Source: a virus (taxonomy: Duplodnaviria > Caudoviricetes). From it: a stretch of DNA of 64,000 nt. Numbering within the stretch: position 1 is the first letter of the stretch; the number at the start of each line of letters is the position of its first letter. The notes below the pieces were generated by a model. The model was not told the DNA's origin, made no database searches, and was given only the letters and a program-made list of their open reading frames with translations. The DNA lies in the IMG/VR virus record IMGVR_UViG_3300032135_000291, positions 1 to 64,000 of that record. The stretch is one strand, 5' to 3'. Of the stretch, positions 62,269 through 64,000 are shown in pieces. Made by a program: the position numbers and the translations under genes.

Positions 62269-63998
62269 GCCTCGATCGAGTCGAGTTCCCGAGCGACATC
62301 GAGCAGCAGCGTCAGGTACGCGGGCTCATCCTCGGTCTTGACTCCGCTGGATGCCAGCGACCGAACAGCCCTCACGCGCGTCAGGATGGACGCAGGAGCG
62401 TCTCTGGCGGACCGTGCGGCCTCTGCCAGCACCACGCGCCCCAGGCCCCGCAGAATGGGCTCTATGGACTCGACCGTGTCGTCCTGGGACATGCATGAGG
62501 AGACCGCTTCGACGACCTCGGTGTCGTAGTGCTCGGCGTGCGGGAAGAGCGTGTACCCGATGGCCGCCACGTCAACGAGGCCCTTCGTGGGCAGCCAGCG
62601 CTTGGCAAAGCCCTGCGACTGGTCGTCCCAGCCACCGAACGTCGAGGCGATCGCCAGCAACTCGCGCGGTGGCACCTGCAACATGCGTGCGACGAGATGC
62701 CTCACGGAGGGGGAGAGGTCGACCCGCAGAGCATTGGACCGTGCGCGGCCGCCCTTGGCGAGCGTCTGGCGGCGCACAGTCTCACCGTACTCGCCCACAC
62801 TCACCTTCCTGAACTTGGATGCTGCGCGAAGCAGCGCGTCCGAGTGGTCGGGGGTCCGAGCGGCTTGGATGAGCGCGGCGATGGCGGTGTCGAACTCTGT
62901 GTCGTCCTTGACGACTGCCTTCACGGCAGACAGGCAGGCTTCGGTGAGTGGCCGCTGGTGGGCCTCGTCGATGTCTGCGGCTAGGGAGCCCTTGGTGTAG
63001 CGGTCCCAGGGGTCCTTGCCCTCGGTGGGGTCCAGCAGGATGCCGAAGCCGCGGGCGCCAAGCGCCTCCGCGGCCCAGGACAGGCGAGACGTGGCAGCGA
63101 GTCCCGCGTCGTCACCGTCCATCACGAATACGACCCGAGCCTCGGGGGCTCCGGTCTCCTGGATCAGTTCAATGTGGCTGTGGGTGATGGACGTGCCGCA
63201 GGAGGCGACGCCGGCAATCGTGGGGTCGTTCAGTGCGTTCACGGCCAGCGCGTCCATGTAGCCCTCGCATACGATGATGCGTTCGACCTTGTCGGAAATG
63301 AACTCCGCGCCGTAGAGGACGTGTGACTTGTCGTAGATGTCGGTCTGCACGGTGTTGATGAACTTGTTCTCTTCGTGGCGCGTCACTCCCGGCACAACGC
63401 GTCCGCCGAAGCCAACCACGCGGTTGCTGGCGTCCCGAATTGGGAAGATCACGCGTCCGGCGAAGGGGCAGTAGATGTTGCCCGCCGACGACTTCTTGAG
63501 GATTCCGCACTGCAACAGCGCGTTAGTGGTGCCCAGGTGCTCTTCGAGCAGTCCTCGGAGTGAAGGCCTATCGGGGACGAAGCCGATCTGGCCGAGTTCG
63601 ATCTCGTCGTCCGTGAGTCCGCGCTCGGTGGTCAGCCAGTCCCACGCCTTGTCGATCGTTTCGGGATCGTCGAGCACCGACTTGTTGGAGACGAGCGCCT
63701 TGGCGAACATCTGGGCTGCCTTCGCCATGATGTCGTACATGCTGCGGCGGTCGATCGACCGCTCGCGCTCCGGGAGTTTGACGCCCGCCGTTGCGGCCAG
63801 CGCGACGAGTGCGTCCTTCTTGCTGGTCGAGTTGTTCTTCGCCAGCCACAGCGTGACGATGTCGCCGCCGGACGCGCACTCCGAGTGGCAGAACCAGATA
63901 CCGCGGTTGTCATCGATATGAAAGTTGGGCTTCTCGCCCCCGTGGATCGGGCACGCCGTAGCGAACTTGCCCGATCCACGGGAGTGAAGGACCGACCC
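62265..63998 (-). CDS. dnaG: DNA primase DnaG (5' end beyond the window)
   Basis: CHC2 finger CPIHGGEKPNF..WFCHSEC, FAGRVIFPI..VGFGGR, KFINT, TOPRIM VCEGYMD and MDGDDAG; frame open to the edge. Confidence 0.93.
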   Translation of the reverse strand, partial: GSVLHSRGSGKFATACPIHGGEKPNFHIDDNRGIWFCHSECASGGDIVTLWLAKNNSTSKKDALVALAATAGVKLPERERSIDRRSMYDIMAKAAQMFAKALVSNKSVLDDPETIDKAWDWLTTERGLTDDEIELGQIGFVPDRPSLRGLLEEHLGTTNALLQCGILKKSSAGNIYCPFAGRVIFPIRDASNRVVGFGGRVVPGVTRHEENKFINTVQTDIYDKSHVLYGAEFISDKVERIIVCEGYMDALAVNALNDPTIAGVASCGTSITHSHIELIQETGAPEARVVFVMDGDDAGLAATSRLSWAAEALGARGFGILLDPTEGKDPWDRYTKGSLAADIDEAHQRPLTEACLSAVKAVVKDDTEFDTAIAALIQAARTPDHSDALLRAASKFRKVSVGEYGETVRRQTLAKGGRARSNALRVDLSPSVRHLVARMLQVPPRELLAIASTFGGWDDQSQGFAKRWLPTKGLVDVAAIGYTLFPHAEHYDTEVVEAVSSCMSQDDTVESIEPILRGLGRVVLAEAARSARDAPASILTRVRAVRSLASSGVKTEDEPAYLTLLLDVARELDSIEA

Positions 63999-64000
63999 AT

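Noticed and set aside
1-64000. Prophage or virion module, integrase, transposase, rRNA, RNase P
   Set aside because: No terminase, capsid, tail, recombinase or DDE motifs, and no rRNA or RNase P signatures seen; the 16S-complementary 13-mer is isolated

Overview
High-GC, actinobacterial-type segment of a large mobile replicon (megaplasmid, ICE or jumbo phage; no virion or chromosomal housekeeping genes are visible in this window). It encodes: (i) a transfer-like cluster (M23 peptidase, coupling-protein-like ATPase, replication-relaxation protein, FtsK); (ii) its own replisome and topology genes (DnaB, DnaC-like loader, DnaG, GyrB/GyrA-family pair); (iii) regulators (sigma-70, WhiB, Lsr2); (iv) a DNA methyltransferase with a degenerate partner, a type III Res-like helicase, and two tandem zinc-ribbon-repeat nucleases; (v) a translation kit made of a GGQ release-factor-domain protein, tmRNA and an array of 36 tRNAs at 50.1-58.6 kb covering all 20 amino acids, including a tRNA-His with a non-canonical T-loop, followed by an HNH gene. 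The most striking unexplained structure is a dispersed family of 17 otherwise unrelated proteins that start with a small Cys/His 'zinc-knuckle' (core H-x8/9-C). Eight proteins share a C-terminal domain, ending LAL(Y/S)PNP-like in seven of them. Twelve family genes sit directly behind one promoter-like motif, (T/C)GGA-TACYNT, mostly as leaderless genes. A second motif, GTGTGG-TAGNNT, precedes replication and regulatory genes. All family assignments come from motif reading by eye; no database searches were run.
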